Below, in pieces: positions 56,500 to 64,000 of a DNA stretch of 64,000 bases. Each line of letters begins with the position of its first letter. The stretch's first letter is position 1. Origin of the DNA: an uncultured Spartobacteria bacterium. Lineage in GTDB: Bacteria > Verrucomicrobiota > Verrucomicrobiia > Chthoniobacterales > UBA6821. The position numbers were made by a program, and so were the translations under genes. Location of the stretch: the NCBI GenBank assembly GCA_903847935.1, contig CAINEX010000108.1:514-64513 (forward strand). The letters run 5' to 3'. The notes under the pieces are model-generated. The model was not told where the DNA came from. It made no database searches and saw nothing but the letters and a program-made list of their open reading frames with translations.

Positions 56500-58635
56500 T
56501 TACCAGTCGTGCAGCGGTTGTTCCAACGCCCTGTTCTGCTGATTATTCAACTGGTGAGCCTCCTCATCCTGCACAGATCGCAAGAGGGCTCTGGCCTGAT
56601 TAGGTGACATCTTCCCATCTTTTCCATCGTCGGCTTCAGCTGCTTCGGGCTGCTGATCCCCCTTTTTTTCATTCTGCTGCCCTGCAGCAAGGGATCCTTG
56701 TTCCTTTTCACTCGGAGTCGGAGTCGGTTGAACGCCATGTCCAGGCTGCTGATCGGTCTGTTGCTGATTTTGTGACTGAGACTGACTTCCTTGTTGTGGA
56801 GGTTCCGACTTTTCTTGAGATCCACCACCACCTTGACCAGGAGTTGGTGTTGGGGAAGCCTCTTGATGGCCTTGGTCTTTTTTCTGATCAGATTTGCCCT
56901 GCTTGGAATCTTGGGGGTTGTTTTCATCTTTATCCTGATTCTTTCCGTTTGTCCCTTGGGACTGGTCGTTTTTTTGCTGATCTTTCCCCTTATCCTTTGA
57001 GTCTTTCTGTCCCCCACCCTCACCTTGGGATTGGTCACTCTTGCTCTTATCCTGATCCTTGTTTTTGTCTTTTTGGTCTTTGTCGTTCTTTTTGTCCTGT
57101 TTTTTTTCCTGATCTTTCTGCTTCTGCAGGCTTTCGATTAACTTTCGTACGATTTCCCGGTTCTCCTTGGCCCGACTGTTCTCGGGATGATCCTTGAGAA
57201 CAGTATCATAGTGCTGCAGTGCATTTTTCCAGTCCGAGAGTTTGGACTCTTTGTCTCCGACGGACTCTCCCGAACGGACCAAAGAGTTGGCCAGATTGTA
57301 AGTGGCCGCGTCTCGGATCTTGGGATCACGTGATGTCATCACCCCGGCAAAATAGTCTGCCGCCTTCTTATAATCACCGGCTTTGTAGGCGGCAGCACCA
57401 GCATCGAACCTGATTTCCAAGGCATTTGCTCCAGACGCAATCCGCCGTTCAAAATCCTTGAGCGCAGCCGCATAATCTCCTGACTGGTAATCCTTAATCC
57501 CGGAAGTGGCTGCCTGAAGGGATCCTTGCGATCCAGCAAGGGGGGAGAGAAGCAATGCCCAAAACAACAAGGCCACCATCCGTTTCCCAACCCATCTAAT
57601 TTTACCCTCGCCTAGGACGGACCACAAAGCCAGAAACAGAAGAGCGGCGCCAAGAGGCCACTCATAACGCTCGATGGGTTTCCGGGCACTCAAGACCCCC
57701 GTCTCCTCCTCTGCCATGGGGACGATCCCTTTTTCATAGATGACTGCGGCATCATCCTGGCCATAGGGGAGGTAAAACCCACCCGTCTCTTTGGCGATCT
57801 CGGTAAGACGCGCGGCATCAAGCTTTGAGTTCACGGGCCGACCGGACTCGTCCCTGACGAAGTCATTACGTCCCTCCTCGGTTTTTATCGGAATGAGCGA
57901 GCCTTCGGGTGAGCCAAAACCCACCGTATAGATTCTAACCCCGGCGGCCTGAGCCTCCTTCGCCGCCTCCAGACTATCTCCGTCAAGTTCCTCCCCGTCA
58001 GTCATGAGCACCAGCGCTCTGTTAAAAGTCTCCCCTTTTCCAAAAGCTGCTATTGAAAGGCGAATGGCCGACGCAATGTCAGTCCCCCCTTTGGGAATAG
58101 TATTACTGTCAAGGTCGGTGATCGATGTGAGCACGGCCCCCTTGTCGAGTGTTAACGGAGCTTGAAGGAAAGCCGTTCCGGCAAAGGCAATGAGGCCAAC
58201 CCGGTCACCCTTGAGAAGGTTCAAGAGATCTTGTGAGATGAGCTTTGCGCGGCCAAGTCGCGTCGGAGCGGTATCCGTCGAGAGCATGCTGCGGGAGGTG
58301 TCGATCGCTATAATTACATCACGTCCCTTCGACTTGACCTGTTGATCGATGAATCCAAGGCGAGGTTGGACAAGTGCAAGAAAACTGAAAGCGATTGCCG
58401 AAAAAAACAGGGCAATCCGGAAATTTCTCAACGGCCAACTCACTTGACCGGCCAGCAACTGTTTTAAGCGGGGGGCCAGGATTTTTGTCAGCAACGCGTC
58501 ACGACGACGCCCTGCATTGATAAACAGCCATAACAATGGCAACAGAAGAAACAATGCCCAGGACCAGTAAGGGTGGGCGAAGGAAAGTCCCTCATCGAGA
58601 AAAGTCAGGAGAATTGGGTTCATGGACGGGATCAT
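56500..58635 (-). CDS. batB: BatB/BatC-like fusion: membrane-anchored VWA domain, TPR repeats and a K/D/Q-rich tail
   Basis: N-terminal TM pair, VWA MIDAS motif (IIAIDTSRSM), a further TM, TPR repeats, then about 170 aa of low complexity. I prefer the ATG at 58635, which forms an ATGA overlap with the batA stop. The track ORF extends to 58707. Confidence 0.8.
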   Translation of the reverse strand: MIPSMNPILLTFLDEGLSFAHPYWSWALFLLLPLLWLFINAGRRRDALLTKILAPRLKQLLAGQVSWPLRNFRIALFFSAIAFSFLALVQPRLGFIDQQVKSKGRDVIIAIDTSRSMLSTDTAPTRLGRAKLISQDLLNLLKGDRVGLIAFAGTAFLQAPLTLDKGAVLTSITDLDSNTIPKGGTDIASAIRLSIAAFGKGETFNRALVLMTDGEELDGDSLEAAKEAQAAGVRIYTVGFGSPEGSLIPIKTEEGRNDFVRDESGRPVNSKLDAARLTEIAKETGGFYLPYGQDDAAVIYEKGIVPMAEEETGVLSARKPIERYEWPLGAALLFLALWSVLGEGKIRWVGKRMVALLFWALLLSPLAGSQGSLQAATSGIKDYQSGDYAAALKDFERRIASGANALEIRFDAGAAAYKAGDYKKAADYFAGVMTSRDPKIRDAATYNLANSLVRSGESVGDKESKLSDWKNALQHYDTVLKDHPENSRAKENREIVRKLIESLQKQKDQEKKQDKKNDKDQKDKNKDQDKSKSDQSQGEGGGQKDSKDKGKDQQKNDQSQGTNGKNQDKDENNPQDSKQGKSDQKKDQGHQEASPTPTPGQGGGGSQEKSEPPQQGSQSQSQNQQQTDQQPGHGVQPTPTPSEKEQGSLAAGQQNEKKGDQQPEAAEADDGKDGKMSPNQARALLRSVQDEEAHQLNNQQNRALEQPLHDW

Positions 58636-59684
58636 GGGAGACGGCGCCACAAGGTCTGTGAAAGAATCGCCTCGGAGAGGAGGAGAATTGTTCCCACAAG
58701 GATGCAAAGCGGGAAGAGATCGGAGTAATCGTCTTTCTTATCAACTTGAATCTTGGTTTTTTCCAGTCGGTCTATCTCCTTGAAAGCATTTCCCATGGAG
58801 GCGGTATCCGTGGCACGGAAATATTTCCCATCGCCGATTTGAGCTATCTGCGCGAGGAGCTTCTCATCGATCGGAAAGTAGCCGGCGGGAAGATTCATTA
58901 GACCGGTCCTTCCATCCCTTAACTTAACGGGGAACGGGATTGGATCATTGCTACCAGCAACGATCGTATAAATCTTCAACCCGAGCGCTTTCGCGGCCTC
59001 GGCAGCGGTTAAGGGAAGGACTTTACCGGCATTATTAGCTCCATCGGTCAGGAGAACTATTATCTTTGTTTTGGAATCACGGTCCTTGAGTCGGTTTGCA
59101 GCAGAGGCCAATGCAGAACCGATGGCGGTGCTATCCTCAACCATTCCGATCTGCACACGATCCAGATTTGTGATTAACCAGTCGTGATCAAGAGTCAGCG
59201 GACTTACCAAATACGGTCTGCCAGCAAATGCAATGATCCCGATTCTATCGTTTGGACGCGCTTCAATGAACTCCTGCGTCACTCGCTTGACCATGTCGAT
59301 TCGGTTCATTCGCTGATCTCCAACGACATAATCCTCGGCGCGCATCGAACCTGAAACATCCAGTACCAGCATGATATCAACACCGCTCGCGGTAACATGT
59401 TCAAGAGTCTTCCCGAGTTGTGGGCGCGCCAAAGCAATGATGAAAAGCGCCATTGCCGCGTAGACCAACGATAACAGCACCTTTCCGGCTTTCGCTCGGG
59501 GTTTTTTCCCGATCGCAACAACGAGTTGGGTGGAGGAGAAAAGGATGCCGGGAGTTCCCCCCAACCTCCCCTTCAGCAGGGCAAGGAGAGGAAGACCCAA
59601 CAGGGCCACAAGCATCCAAGGATGAAGGAAGGAAAAGAATGTTCCTGAGGCAAGCATCACAGGGAGTTGAGAAATTTCACTCAT
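58632..59684 (-). CDS. batA: BatA-like membrane-anchored VWA protein
   Basis: 350 aa with two N-terminal TMs, a VWA domain with MIDAS motif (MLVLDVSGSM...TAIG...LLTDGANN) and a C-terminal TM. Confidence 0.8.
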   Translation of the reverse strand: MSEISQLPVMLASGTFFSFLHPWMLVALLGLPLLALLKGRLGGTPGILFSSTQLVVAIGKKPRAKAGKVLLSLVYAAMALFIIALARPQLGKTLEHVTASGVDIMLVLDVSGSMRAEDYVVGDQRMNRIDMVKRVTQEFIEARPNDRIGIIAFAGRPYLVSPLTLDHDWLITNLDRVQIGMVEDSTAIGSALASAANRLKDRDSKTKIIVLLTDGANNAGKVLPLTAAEAAKALGLKIYTIVAGSNDPIPFPVKLRDGRTGLMNLPAGYFPIDEKLLAQIAQIGDGKYFRATDTASMGNAFKEIDRLEKTKIQVDKKDDYSDLFPLCILVGTILLLSEAILSQTLWRRLP

Positions 59685-60334
59685 ACCTCCTCCTTTTCCG
59701 AACTCTTTGAGAGAATCTCCTGCGGCAATGCGGGAGGAATGGTTGCATCGGGTAATTTATCATTCCACCCTTGGGAAGGAGCAGCGACTTTCTCACGTCC
59801 ACTGAGAACGAACGATTCGGCGGCTTCAATAAGCGCCAATCGTTGCTCACGAGTGGCCTCGCCACGAGCGTATTTCAAATAATCGGCATGATGGAGAAAA
59901 AGAGTGAGAGATTCCTGTTCCGCAGGAAGGAATCGGAGCGATCCCCTCAGCGAGGTAAGAAACTCCTCGGTGGTCTGCCTGGGGGCGGCAAGTCCTAGAG
60001 CTTCTCCCAGGAATTTCCGCAGGACATCAGAGACTCCCACGCCGAAATCATGGTCCCCCCCCTCGGAAACCCTCTCCCGTAGACGCAATAGGGCAGCCAG
60101 CGCAGCCTCGTCCGGTGTCGGTGGATTGATTTTCTTCCTGCCCACGAACAACCAGAGCCCCGCCCCTGCAAGAGCCACTCCGAGAAAAACGGCGGCAATG
60201 ATCCATAGTGGCCCCGAAAAAAATGGAAGGGGACCGACGATATCATGGATCGGAACCGGCGTTGGGGTGCCGATCGCAGTCGAGGGAGCGCCTCCGGGAA
60301 CAGGGGCGAAACTGACTCCTGGTTGTTGGTTCAT
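59681..60334 (-). CDS. DUF4381-like single-pass membrane protein
   Basis: 217 aa with a P/G-rich N-terminus, one TM followed by RKK, and a helical C-terminal domain. It has 4-nt overlaps with both the DUF58 gene and batA. This slot is typical of Bat/MoxR operons. Confidence 0.65.
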   Translation of the reverse strand: MNQQPGVSFAPVPGGAPSTAIGTPTPVPIHDIVGPLPFFSGPLWIIAAVFLGVALAGAGLWLFVGRKKINPPTPDEAALAALLRLRERVSEGGDHDFGVGVSDVLRKFLGEALGLAAPRQTTEEFLTSLRGSLRFLPAEQESLTLFLHHADYLKYARGEATREQRLALIEAAESFVLSGREKVAAPSQGWNDKLPDATIPPALPQEILSKSSEKEEV

Positions 60335-61266
60335 GATCCGATCCTCCTACCTCGTCGATCGAAAAAATTGCGGAGCACAGGCAGGTAATCCCTGTCGGTC
60401 CTCAACTGGAGCGTGTCGATCCTGCGGGCACCGAAGAGCGAAAACAGTTCCTTCGATCGCTTTTCCGCCATCTCGGCATACCCTTTGGAAGTAAGTCGGC
60501 GCGAGGTATCGACCTCGATCTGTTCACCCGTTTCCGGATCTTCCAGCAGGATCACACCCACATTCGGCAACACCTCCTCGGCGGGATCAATGATCGGAAT
60601 CGCGACCATATCATGACGTTTTGCGGAGACGGTCAGGGGCTTGGAAAAATCACCTGTGAAAAAATCGGAAATGAGGAAAACCACGGCGCGACGGGTCACC
60701 ACCTTGTTAAGGTACTCAAGAGCTCCCGAAAGATCTGTCCCCTTTCCCTGCGGCCGGAAAAAAAGCATCTCCCTGATCAGTCGCAGGATGTGGAGTCGTC
60801 CCTTTTTGGGAGGGATGAAAAGTTCCACCCGGTCGCTGAAGAGCAGAAGGCCGACTTTGTCATTATTGGTGATGGCACTGAAGGCCAGAATTGCGGCTAC
60901 TTCGGCAGCCAGTTCCCTCTTGCTCTCCTCAATGCTGCCGAAGTTCCCAGAGGCGCTCACATCAAGCACGATCATCACCGTCATTTCACGCTCCTCCGTG
61001 AATTTCTTGATATAGGGTTCCCCGGTACGAGCGGTCACGTTCCAATCGATCGCCCTGATCTCATCCCCCGGACTGTAGGGACGAACCTCCTCGAAATTCA
61101 TCCCCCTTCCCTTGAACACACTCTGGTACTGACCGGCAAAGGATGATGCAACCAGTCGTCGCGTGCGCAACTCAAGGCGACGGATCTTGCGGAGAATCTC
61201 GCGGGTGTCGTTCATCGGTGGGATGTCTACGTGATGTTGCCCGGGGTCTGAGGCCATCAAGGGCAC
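60331..61266 (-). CDS. DUF58-family protein (MoxR partner, VWA-like)
   Basis: GQYQSVFKGRGMNFEEVRPYSPGDEIRAIDWNVTART is the DUF58 hallmark, followed by a VWA-like DVSASG. Confidence 0.85.
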   Translation of the reverse strand: MPLMASDPGQHHVDIPPMNDTREILRKIRRLELRTRRLVASSFAGQYQSVFKGRGMNFEEVRPYSPGDEIRAIDWNVTARTGEPYIKKFTEEREMTVMIVLDVSASGNFGSIEESKRELAAEVAAILAFSAITNNDKVGLLLFSDRVELFIPPKKGRLHILRLIREMLFFRPQGKGTDLSGALEYLNKVVTRRAVVFLISDFFTGDFSKPLTVSAKRHDMVAIPIIDPAEEVLPNVGVILLEDPETGEQIEVDTSRRLTSKGYAEMAEKRSKELFSLFGARRIDTLQLRTDRDYLPVLRNFFDRRGRRIGS

Positions 61267-61289
61267 CCTACTTTCACGGGCACACGGAA

Positions 61290-62279
61290 TCAGGGAACCT
61301 GTAATCCCTCGAAGACCCGTTTCACGATTTCTTCTGGGGTAATAGATTCTGCCTCAGCTTCATAACTGACTGCAATACGATGACGCATCACCTCAAGCCC
61401 TACGGATTTCACATCGTGGGGAGTGACATAGCCTCGACCATTCAGGAAAGCGTGTGCTTTGGCGGCAAGGGTCAGATAAATCGTGGCACGGGGCGAAGCG
61501 CCGTAACGGATTAACCCATCAAGTTTCAGATTATAATTGGCCGGTTCGCGGGTCGCCCAAACCAAGTCGACAATGTAATCTTTCACCCTGTCATCGACAT
61601 AAATCTCATTAACAACCTTACGGGCCTCAAGGATCTGCTCAGTCGTCACGAGGGGATCCACGGATAACCGAGGGGAGGAAGTGGCCATGGCATCCAGAAT
61701 CGATCGCTCCTCGGTTCGACTGGGATAACCGACAACAACCTTCAGCATGAAACGGTCAAGCTGCGCTTCTGGAAGAGGATAGGTTCCCTCTTGTTCCAAT
61801 GGGTTTTGCGTTGCAAGTACGAGGAAGGGATCAGGCAACTTGAATGTCTCGTCGCCGATCGTCACTTGACGCTCCTGCATCGCCTCAAGGAGGGCGCTCT
61901 GCACTTTGGCAGGAGCACGGTTGATTTCATCAGCCAAGATCAAATTGGCGAAGATCGGTCCCTTCCGGGTCGTGAAGACACCATCCCGAGGGTTGTAGAT
62001 CAAGGTACCCACAAGATCAGCCGGCAGGAGATCGGGCGTGAACTGGATGCGTGAAAAAGCTGCATGGATGCAGGAGGAGAGGGTCCGGACTGTCAGCGTC
62101 TTGGCTAGTCCCGGAACTCCCTCCAGAAGCACGTGTCCATTCCCCAAGAGGCCAATCATGAGGCTGCGTACCAATCCCTGCTGTCCTATGACCACGCGGC
62201 TCATCTCGTGAGAGAGAGGCTTGACCCACGTGCTGGTTTCTTGGACGCGGCGATCGAGTTCTTGGACTGTTGGATTCAT
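61290..62279 (-). CDS. moxR: MoxR-family AAA+ ATPase
   Basis: 329 aa (VIGQQGLVRSLMIGLLGNGHVLLEGVPGLAKT Walker A, LADEINRA Walker B, ATQNPLEQEGTYPLPEAQLDRF). Confidence 0.92.
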   Translation of the reverse strand: MNPTVQELDRRVQETSTWVKPLSHEMSRVVIGQQGLVRSLMIGLLGNGHVLLEGVPGLAKTLTVRTLSSCIHAAFSRIQFTPDLLPADLVGTLIYNPRDGVFTTRKGPIFANLILADEINRAPAKVQSALLEAMQERQVTIGDETFKLPDPFLVLATQNPLEQEGTYPLPEAQLDRFMLKVVVGYPSRTEERSILDAMATSSPRLSVDPLVTTEQILEARKVVNEIYVDDRVKDYIVDLVWATREPANYNLKLDGLIRYGASPRATIYLTLAAKAHAFLNGRGYVTPHDVKSVGLEVMRHRIAVSYEAEAESITPEEIVKRVFEGLQVP

Positions 62280-62391
62280 GGGAAGTGAGTCTATTTGGTT
62301 GTGTTGAAAATGCGAAGACGTTGCTGATACGGGTCAGCGAAATCTGAGACAAGAGAGAATCTTCATTGTTCAAAAAAAAATCAAAACCTAC

Positions 62392-63600
62392 TCAGGATTC
62401 AGGGCGACCTAGGAGAGCACGAAGTCCGATTGCCCGATCCCTAGCAGGCATCCCTTCCCCTAAAAGGGTGTAGTGCCCCATTTTACGGCCCTGTTTGGCC
62501 TCCCTCTTGCCATAAAGATGAAGAAAAAGCCCTGCTTCTCTCAAGAGTAACTTCCAATCGGGCTGCCCCTCCTTCCAAAGATCTCCGAGAAGATTAATCA
62601 TCACACCGGGAGAGCGGAGCATGACGGGCCCTAGAGGGAGACCGCAGACTGCCCTGACATGCTGGCAGAACTGGCTGGTCATTGTCGTCTCAAGGGTATG
62701 ATGCCCAGAGTTGTGGGGACGTGGAGCCAACTCATTCACGAGCAGATTCCCATCAGCCAAGACAAAGAATTCGACCGTGATGAGGCCCACCACCTCGAGC
62801 TTTTCAGCGATTTCAGTGGCAATCTCATGAGCCTTCGTTGTCACTGACTCAGGAAGATTGGCGGGCACTGTGCTGACATCCAGGATGCCATCACGATGCA
62901 CATTCGTCTGGACTGGAAAGCAGAGAGATTCGCCGGTGGTCGAACGGGAACAGATAACAGAGGCCTCAGATTGAAAAACAATCTTTTGCTCAAGCACTGC
63001 AAGAGGGGATGAAAGTCTTTCCCAAGCCACCGTGGCATCATCGCCCTCTTTCAGACTGATCTGCCCCTTGCCATCGTATCCGAGGACCGCCGTCTTCAGA
63101 ATCGAATCGCCACCCAAGGCTGATAGCGCCTCCTTGAGTTGCAAAGCCGATGTGATCACTCGGAACGGAGCCACAGCGATTCCGGCAGCGAGGAGGAACT
63201 CCTTTTCCATGATCCGGTCCTGACAGATGCGCACCACCGATGAGGAGGGCCTGACAGGCTTAATCCGCTCAAGGAACTCCAGCGCGGATACAGGGATGTT
63301 TTCAAATTCAACCGTCACCACGTCGACCTCACTGGCAAAGCGGGCCAGCGCCACCGGATCGCCAAAGGAGGCCGTGATGGCAAGATCGGCACAGGATACC
63401 GCAGGACCATCGGGCGTCTCATCATAGACTACCACCCGGTACCCGAGGCTTTTGGCCGCCATCGCGGACATCCTCCCTAGTTGGCCACTACCAAGAATTC
63501 CCAGCGTTGTTCCCGGTAAAAAGGCTTCGAGAATAGCGGGGGTTTTCTCTTTCGGAGTCACCCCCTGTCCGTTATCAATGATGGCTTCGCTTTTTCTCAT
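62392..63600 (-). CDS. purK: N5-carboxyaminoimidazole ribonucleotide synthase
   Basis: ATP-grasp protein with LGILGSGQLGRM. The longest ORF has a ~30-aa N-terminal extension. An alternative GTG start at 63561 follows a purine-rich stretch. Confidence 0.88.
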   Translation of the reverse strand: MRKSEAIIDNGQGVTPKEKTPAILEAFLPGTTLGILGSGQLGRMSAMAAKSLGYRVVVYDETPDGPAVSCADLAITASFGDPVALARFASEVDVVTVEFENIPVSALEFLERIKPVRPSSSVVRICQDRIMEKEFLLAAGIAVAPFRVITSALQLKEALSALGGDSILKTAVLGYDGKGQISLKEGDDATVAWERLSSPLAVLEQKIVFQSEASVICSRSTTGESLCFPVQTNVHRDGILDVSTVPANLPESVTTKAHEIATEIAEKLEVVGLITVEFFVLADGNLLVNELAPRPHNSGHHTLETTMTSQFCQHVRAVCGLPLGPVMLRSPGVMINLLGDLWKEGQPDWKLLLREAGLFLHLYGKREAKQGRKMGHYTLLGEGMPARDRAIGLRALLGRPES

Positions 63601-64000
63601 GGATCGTCTCCTTTATCTGCTGGCACTTGGACTTGTCACAATCATCCGGATTCTTCCCATCACGGTTTGCTTTATTGCGGGTCAATTCCTGGGACTTCTT
63701 GTCTGGGCTATTCTGCCTAGCTATCGCCGACTCTCCAAACAGAATCTCCGCATAGCCTTGGGCTCCGCAATGAGTGACAGGGAGGTCTCTCTCATCACCC
63801 TGAAACATTTTGTGAACCTGGGTGCCAATATCGTGAGTTCCATCAAGATTCCCGCCCTGAGCGAGCAAGAACTCCGGTCCCGCCTCGGTTTTGATCAGGA
63901 GCAGAACTGGATCGACTGGGTCGTCGGGGAGAAAGCCGGCGACCAAGGCACCGTGGCTGCCCTGAGTCATTTCGGAAATTGGGAGATCAACGCCCAGATC
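63599..64000 (+). CDS. LpxL/HtrB-type lipid A (lysophospholipid) acyltransferase, N-terminal part (runs off the window)
   Basis: Absent from the ORF track because it has no in-window stop. My translation gives MDRLLYLLALGLVTIIRILP...NLRIALG...AALSHFGNWEINAQI, an N-terminal TM followed by the HxxxxE-type acyltransferase motif (HFGNWE). Confidence 0.7.
   Translation, partial: MDRLLYLLALGLVTIIRILPITVCFIAGQFLGLLVWAILPSYRRLSKQNLRIALGSAMSDREVSLITLKHFVNLGANIVSSIKIPALSEQELRSRLGFDQEQNWIDWVVGEKAGDQGTVAALSHFGNWEINAQI

Noticed and set aside
56547-57197. Alternative-frame and opposite-strand ORFs (163 aa, 197 aa, 69 aa) in the BatB tail region
   Set aside because: They are by-products of the repetitive low-complexity DNA that encodes the K/D/Q-rich tail.
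63598-63601. CATG in which the divergent purK and acyltransferase start codons overlap by 2 nt
   Set aside because: This is probably an artefact of the longest-ORF call. purK has a ~30-aa non-conserved N-terminal extension and a plausible internal GTG start at 63561.
63575-63970. 131-aa minus-strand ORF at the end of the window
   Set aside because: It lies antisense to an LpxL/HtrB-type acyltransferase reading frame that carries the HFGNWE motif, and it has no family resemblance.
1-64000. By-eye search for tRNA/rRNA genes, CRISPR arrays, transposases/integrases, prophage genes, toxin-antitoxin pairs or defence islands
   Set aside because: I found none. Only two intergenic regions exceed 260 nt, neither contains a T-loop/acceptor-stem pattern or spaced repeats, and every sizeable ORF is accounted for by housekeeping or envelope functions. 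A tRNAscan, Infernal or defence-finder run would be needed to confirm.

Overview
Gene-dense (about 90% coding), roughly 50% GC chromosomal core segment of a diderm bacterium. The protein set (Bat/MoxR operon, MurC-MurB fusion, divergent FtsZ, RGG-rich Rho, Tat-signal aldo/keto reductase) suggests the PVC superphylum, probably Verrucomicrobiota. That placement is my inference and is not verified by any search.

Gene order:
- ssb (partial), rpsF, pth, rplY, prs on the minus strand.
- L,D-transpeptidase and aroB (+), then rho (-) with a 467-nt leader.
- MBL-fold hydrolase (-), malQ, an HU/IHF-like gene and a 1,870-aa tandem UvrA (+).
- RNase P RNA (rnpB, +) and an OsmC-like gene (+).
- An uninterrupted 22-kb minus-strand string: mraZ-rsmH-ftsL-ftsI-murE-murF-mraY-murD-[LysM protein]-ftsW-murG-murC/murB fusion-ddl-ftsQ-ftsA-ftsZ-clpB-smr.
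- gyrA, then bamA-skp-lpxD.
- HAD hydrolase, an orphan secreted protein, Tat-AKR, GT2, mazG, rhomboid, DUF2721, and pckG (+).
- A tightly coupled 7-gene moxR-DUF58-DUF4381-batA-batB/C-batD-batE operon.
- purK and a partial LpxL-type acyltransferase.

I found no rRNA, tRNA, CRISPR array, transposase/integrase or phage genes, so this is a housekeeping region rather than an accessory island.

Most noteworthy observations:
1. The FtsZ at the end of the dcw cluster keeps the C-terminal FtsA-binding peptide, but its GTP-binding and T7 motifs are strongly degenerate. An FtsN-like bitopic LysM protein is inserted in the cluster, and MurC is fused to MurB.
2. A covalent double UvrA with asymmetric halves.
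3. A complete but functionally unexplained MoxR/VWA 'Bat' envelope operon.
4. A Rho whose N-terminal helix bundle is replaced by an RGG/N/Q-rich disordered segment.
5. Four exactly phased GTGG[G/A] boxes (a putative MraZ operator) upstream of mraZ.

All protein family calls come from motif recognition by eye. No database search was run.
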